Below, piece by piece: positions 60,601 to 64,000 of a stretch of 64,000 bases of DNA (positions are counted from its first letter, which is position 1; each line of letters begins with the position of its first letter). The DNA is from an uncultured Acidobacteriota bacterium (GTDB lineage: Bacteria > Acidobacteriota > Thermoanaerobaculia > Gp7-AA8), in the NCBI GenBank assembly GCA_963822445.1, contig CAWGHO010000002.1, positions 960,001-1,024,000 of the forward strand, given 5' to 3'. The notes under the pieces are model-generated. The model made no database searches. It worked only from the letters and a program-made list of their open reading frames with translations, and had not been told where the DNA came from. A program made the translations under genes and the position numbers.

Positions 60601-61001
60601 GCGTTGCCGATACACAAAGACGCGTCGACCTCTTGCAGAAAGCGCTGCTCGAAACGCCGCAGGCCGATCCGTCACTCGCGGCGACACTTCTTTCGATCGA
60701 GGATCGGCTGAAGAATCTCAACGAACGTCTCAACGGCGACGCGATGGTCGGCCGCTACAACGAGCCGACATCGACGTCGATCGTCCAGCTCGTGGCGCAC
60801 GTCGTCGAAGGGCAGTGGAGCACGAGCGCGGTGCCGACGAAGACCCAGCGCGACAGCTACGCGCTTGCGGCCGAGACATTCGCGCCGGTGCTGGCGGAAT
60901 TGCGCACGCTCATCGAGACGGATCTGAAATCGGTGGAGGTGCAGATGGAGAAAGCGGGCGCGCCGTGGACGCCGGGGAGGCTTCCCGACTGGAAGGAGTG
61001 A
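57681..61001 (+). CDS. Secreted VPS10/BNR-repeat (glycosyl hydrolase-like) protein
   Basis: GGAGG RBS plus TTG, signal peptide, RSIGPA..GRI, many SxDGGxTW Asp-boxes, coiled-coil tail. Confidence 0.92.
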   Translation: MIRRLASTALALLLAAPLLFAAPENRDEKKDEKKKEERKPGAYDSQAFTGLAFRSIGPALTSGRIGDIAVDPRNPSTWYVAVASGGVWKTTNAGTTWMPIFDKQGSYSIGCVAIDPKDPLVIWVGTGENNSQRSVSYGDGVYKSVDGGATWKNVGLEKSEHIGQIVIDPRDSNVVYVASQGPLWNSGGDRGLYKTTDGGKNWKKILDISPETGVSEVVYNPRNPDVLYAVAYQRRRHVWTLINGGPESAIHKSIDGGATWAKAVSGFPDVHLGRIGLGISPADPDKLYAIVEAADGKGGFFASANGGAKWEKRSDYKSGSPQYYQEIFVDPKDADRIYSMDTWMMVSEDGGRTFKKVGERWKHVDNHALYIDPDDTKHMIAGCDGGVYETWDRGATWRFVPNLPLAQFYKLAVDNALPFYNVYGGTQDNNTVGGPSRTATENGIRNADWFVTVTGDGFQPRIDPEDPNVVYSQSQYGGLARFDRRTGEMVDIKPESAKGEPPLRFNWDSPLIISPHSRTRLYFAAQSIFRSDDRGDSWRAVSGDLTRQIDRNKLKVMGRVWSADAVAKNASTSFYGNIVSLSESPLTEGLLYAGTDDGLIQISEDSGARWTKIDKFTGIPTESYVSDIEASQHDAGTVYASFDNHQMGDFKPYLLRSRDRGKTWTSIAGDLPQRGTVYSIAEDHVDRNLLFAGTEFGVFFTSDGGAKWIQLKGGLPPIAVRDIAIQKRENDLVLGTFGRGFYILDDYTPLRRTTPETLQSEAMLYPLGRPVWVYNPALPLGLKGKSMQGDDYYVADNPPFGAVFTYYLKEPLQSRRKARLAAEVKLEKDGEDIQYPTWEALRQEQREPEPAIVLTVRDEEGNVVRRVTGPAEAGFHRVAWDLRYPTVTPTSLEPPKDDNPWDPPARGMMASGGTYTVSLAKLVDGKFVEVGQPQKFTTRSLGLVNVSDEDARASLDFERKTASLQRAVLGAVSSVADTQRRVDLLQKALLETPQADPSLAATLLSIEDRLKNLNERLNGDAMVGRYNEPTSTSIVQLVAHVVEGQWSTSAVPTKTQRDSYALAAETFAPVLAELRTLIETDLKSVEVQMEKAGAPWTPGRLPDWKE

Positions 61002-61088
61002 GGGTCCGCTTCTGTCCCGTCCGGCGTATGTCCGCGCCGGCTTCGGCACCGCATTCGTGTCTGGCGCAGAGTATGAAGGCCCGATTGC

Positions 61089-64000
61089 ATGTTTCGCGCT
61101 GGATTCGAACCGTCTCGGTGCTCGTCAGGGCGGTTCGCACGTATTGCGGAAGCGGTAGTCGTCGCGATTTTCGCCCTCGCTATCGGCCTGGTGGTTTCGC
61201 TCGACGCAGAAGCAGCATGCGAGGCGGGCAGCACGACACCGAGCGTCTCGATTGGTTATTCGGGTCCGGATGCGAATGGACTCGGTACAGTCTCCATCTC
61301 GTACAACTTTCCGAATACCTCGAGCGGTAGCCAGCGAAGGCTCTGGTTTCAGGTCAACGGCGTCAACAAGAAGACGTTGTTTTACCCCAGTCAACCGCAA
61401 GGGGTGTGGACGTTCTCATACGACACTACCTGTTGGCTTCCGGGAACGTACCGCTTTACGGCGTGGGCGGAGGCGTGCGGTCGATGGGAGGATGGCTTCA
61501 TCGCATCCGCCGATCACGACGTCGTCGTGCAAAGCTCCAAGCCGAGCGTGAGTCTGTCCTACACCGACAGCGCTCCCGATCAGCTCGGAAAGATCGCCGT
61601 CAGGATCGATTACAACTTTCCGCGGACGGCCTCATCGACGCAGCGGAGAATCTGGTTTCAGGTCGACACGGTCAACAAGCTCACGAACTTCTACCCGGCC
61701 CAACAGCAGGGGACATGGAGTTTTGATTATGATCTTTCCTGTCTTACGCCTGGCTCTCATTTATTGACTGCATGGGTGGAAGCCTGCGGAAAGTGGGAGA
61801 CCGATTTCATCGAGAAGTCGGAGCAATCGGTCGAAGTAACGCAACCTTCCGTAACCTTGCTGTCCACCGATCCCGATCCTCTCGGCAAGATCGACGTGTC
61901 GATCGCCTACGACTTTCCGAACACATCGAGCCACATGCAGCGGAGAATCTGGTTTCAGGTCGATCAGGTAAACAAACTCACGAACTTCTATCCCACCACT
62001 CCGGCCGGAACGTGGAATTTCCAGTATGACCTCTCCTGCCTTCCGCCCGGCCCGCACGAGCTCACCGCCTGGGTGGAATCGTGCGGGAAATGGGAAACGG
62101 GATACATTGACTCGGCCGAGCAGAACGTTCAGATCGGCGCCCCGGAAGCGAATGTCAATCTAAGTCAGGCAACTGATGGGTCGTGGGACGCCATCGTCAA
62201 CTATGACTTTCCCCAGACCTCGTCCTTCTCGCAAAGGTACCTCCGGCTCGAATGGCTTCCCGCCGGGACGCTCATCGCGGAGCTGCGCCCGACCGATGTG
62301 TCCGGTCAGTGGGTCGTCGATCTCCCTGGCTGCGTAGTCGGCAGTCAGGAGGCGGTGCGGATTACAGCGACTTCCTGCAGTTCGGCAAGCGATGTCGATG
62401 AAGCTCCTGCTTTCCTACCGGATTGCGAGGTCGCCTGCTCGGTCGAATGTCCCGACTGTGTCGGCCAACCCGTACGCATCACCAGCGGCAACATGCGTCT
62501 CTCCGATGCCGAGCCACTGCCGGCGGGTGATCTCGGCGCGCTCAGTCGCACTTATGACAGTAAGGGGACCGCGGGTGTGTTCGGAAAGGGCTGGATGTCC
62601 CTATTCGACGCTCGGGCCACCATCCGTGGAGGGATCGACGGCAGGGAGACCGTATTCATCGTTACCGAAAGTGGCGATCGATACTTCTTCGTTCGTACCG
62701 GGAGTATCTACCGGCAGAAGTATCCAGCGGGCGAGAGACGCCCCACGATCCTCACTTACGATGCCACTCGCAATGCGTTCGTTCATCGCGGCGGCTCGAG
62801 CTCGCTAGTGCGAGTGTTCCGCGGATCCGATGGTCGCCTGTCTGCGATGCGACGCGTGTCGAATCCCGACGAAACGACGATCACCTACGACGCAAACGGC
62901 CGGCCTACAGGAATCCAGGACGGCCAGGGCGGCTGGGCATGGAGCATCACCACCAATACCGCGGGAAGGATCGAGACCGTGGCGGTTGCATCCCTTCCTC
63001 AATTGGTCTGGACCTATTCGTACGACGGCGATGGAAAAATGCAGTCGGTTTCGAATGCGAACGGTCTGTGGCGAACGTACACGTATGGTCCTTCCGGCAT
63101 CGAGGAGGCGCGCGATGGCGCCGGCCGCTTGCTGGAGGGACATCAGTACGATGGCACCGGCAAAGCCACGACCTCGACGGGTGCCTCGGATGACATCACC
63201 GAGATCGCATATGACCTGCCCGGTCGGATCACCGGCGAGAAGCTCACGCGCGTCACGGCGTCGAGCGGGCGAATCACGAACTACTACAGCCGTTACATCG
63301 CCGGGAAGATGCGAACGGTGGAAGTGGACGGAACCTGTGACTGTGGGGCCGAGGATGTGGTGTTCGGCTACGACGACGAAGGCCGCATCGTGCGCGAGCA
63401 GAATGCACGGGGTTTCATTACGACGCGCATTTTCGATGAGGGAAGGGTAATCGAGGAAATCACCTCACTGCGGCCGACAGCGTGCGTTCCGGAAACCGAT
63501 CCCGATCATTGCCGTCTGTCCCCGGACGACTTGAAGACGGTTTGGTTGACTTCTACAGGCGCGACCACGTCGACGTCGTTTGCTTATGGTGATTCCAACT
63601 GGGCGGATCGCGCAACTGCGATCTCTACCTCCAGTGTTCGCAATCCCGCGGAGCAACGACGACAGGAATACGTCTATGACGCCGCGACGGGTGAAGTGGT
63701 CGTCGATCGACTGATCGGGTGGACGGGCGAACCGTCCGTGCAGCAGATCCGAACCACGACCACGACGCTTTACGACGGAGCCGAAGCCGCAGCGTTCGAC
63801 CCGGGCGGGGCGTTCTCGGCCTGGGCCCTGCTGCCACAGCCGCGCGGCACGCGTAAATCGGTGAATGGATCGCGCACCGACGTCACCGACATCTCGACAT
63901 TCGTCCACTATCCTCATGACTCCGCGGTGCCCGCACTGCTCCGAGGAAAGCTTGCTGCTTCTCGTGATCCGCTCGGTCACATCACGCGATACGAGAGCTA
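61089..64000 (+). CDS. RHS/YD-repeat protein with signal peptide, tandem Ig-like repeats and DUF6531-like domain (3' end outside window)
   Basis: Hand-translated frame open from ATG 61089 to the window end: signal ..SLDAEA, VGQPVRITSGNM..LSRTYDS..GVFGKGW, YD repeats (TYDANGR, YSYDGDGK, GYDDEGR, RDPLGHITRY). Confidence 0.9.
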   Translation, partial: MFRAGFEPSRCSSGRFARIAEAVVVAIFALAIGLVVSLDAEAACEAGSTTPSVSIGYSGPDANGLGTVSISYNFPNTSSGSQRRLWFQVNGVNKKTLFYPSQPQGVWTFSYDTTCWLPGTYRFTAWAEACGRWEDGFIASADHDVVVQSSKPSVSLSYTDSAPDQLGKIAVRIDYNFPRTASSTQRRIWFQVDTVNKLTNFYPAQQQGTWSFDYDLSCLTPGSHLLTAWVEACGKWETDFIEKSEQSVEVTQPSVTLLSTDPDPLGKIDVSIAYDFPNTSSHMQRRIWFQVDQVNKLTNFYPTTPAGTWNFQYDLSCLPPGPHELTAWVESCGKWETGYIDSAEQNVQIGAPEANVNLSQATDGSWDAIVNYDFPQTSSFSQRYLRLEWLPAGTLIAELRPTDVSGQWVVDLPGCVVGSQEAVRITATSCSSASDVDEAPAFLPDCEVACSVECPDCVGQPVRITSGNMRLSDAEPLPAGDLGALSRTYDSKGTAGVFGKGWMSLFDARATIRGGIDGRETVFIVTESGDRYFFVRTGSIYRQKYPAGERRPTILTYDATRNAFVHRGGSSSLVRVFRGSDGRLSAMRRVSNPDETTITYDANGRPTGIQDGQGGWAWSITTNTAGRIETVAVASLPQLVWTYSYDGDGKMQSVSNANGLWRTYTYGPSGIEEARDGAGRLLEGHQYDGTGKATTSTGASDDITEIAYDLPGRITGEKLTRVTASSGRITNYYSRYIAGKMRTVEVDGTCDCGAEDVVFGYDDEGRIVREQNARGFITTRIFDEGRVIEEITSLRPTACVPETDPDHCRLSPDDLKTVWLTSTGATTSTSFAYGDSNWADRATAISTSSVRNPAEQRRQEYVYDAATGEVVVDRLIGWTGEPSVQQIRTTTTTLYDGAEAAAFDPGGAFSAWALLPQPRGTRKSVNGSRTDVTDISTFVHYPHDSAVPALLRGKLAASRDPLGHITRYES

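Noticed and set aside
61125-63980. Small ORFs listed in the last 3 kb
   Set aside because: All overlap the single open RHS frame starting at 61089.

Overview
GC-rich bacterial chromosome segment. Gene content (IPTL-CTERM, ADOP-like permease, several ECF sigma factors) suggests Acidobacteriota, probably Thermoanaerobaculia; this is an inference. Bases 1-44 kb are mostly core genes (metH, speA, hslO, fabH, purM/N/D/E, pyrF, polX, cysK, nadC, three ECF sigma/anti-sigma loci, a two-component system) ending in tmRNA (ssrA). Bases 44.5-64 kb are accessory-like: S8 protease, lectin, a GntR(YtrA)-ABC/efflux operon, M23 peptidase, VPS10 protein, and an RHS/YD protein that runs off the window and is missing from the ORF track. 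Highlights: (1) a peroxiredoxin split in the ORF track by an in-frame TGA at the peroxidatic Cys position, followed by a SECIS-like hairpin (probable selenoprotein), beside a Cys-type PrdB-like gene; (2) seven hairpins built from tandem 7/8-mers facing inverted copies, with four unrelated unit sequences, one lying inside a signal peptide; (3) two secreted beta-rich proteins sharing a C-terminal RRRAVx tag, a candidate sorting signal; (4) a signal-peptide RHS protein with tandem Cys-containing Ig-like repeats; (5) four genes each broken by a single-base insertion, most likely read errors. All calls are by eye from motifs; no searches were run.
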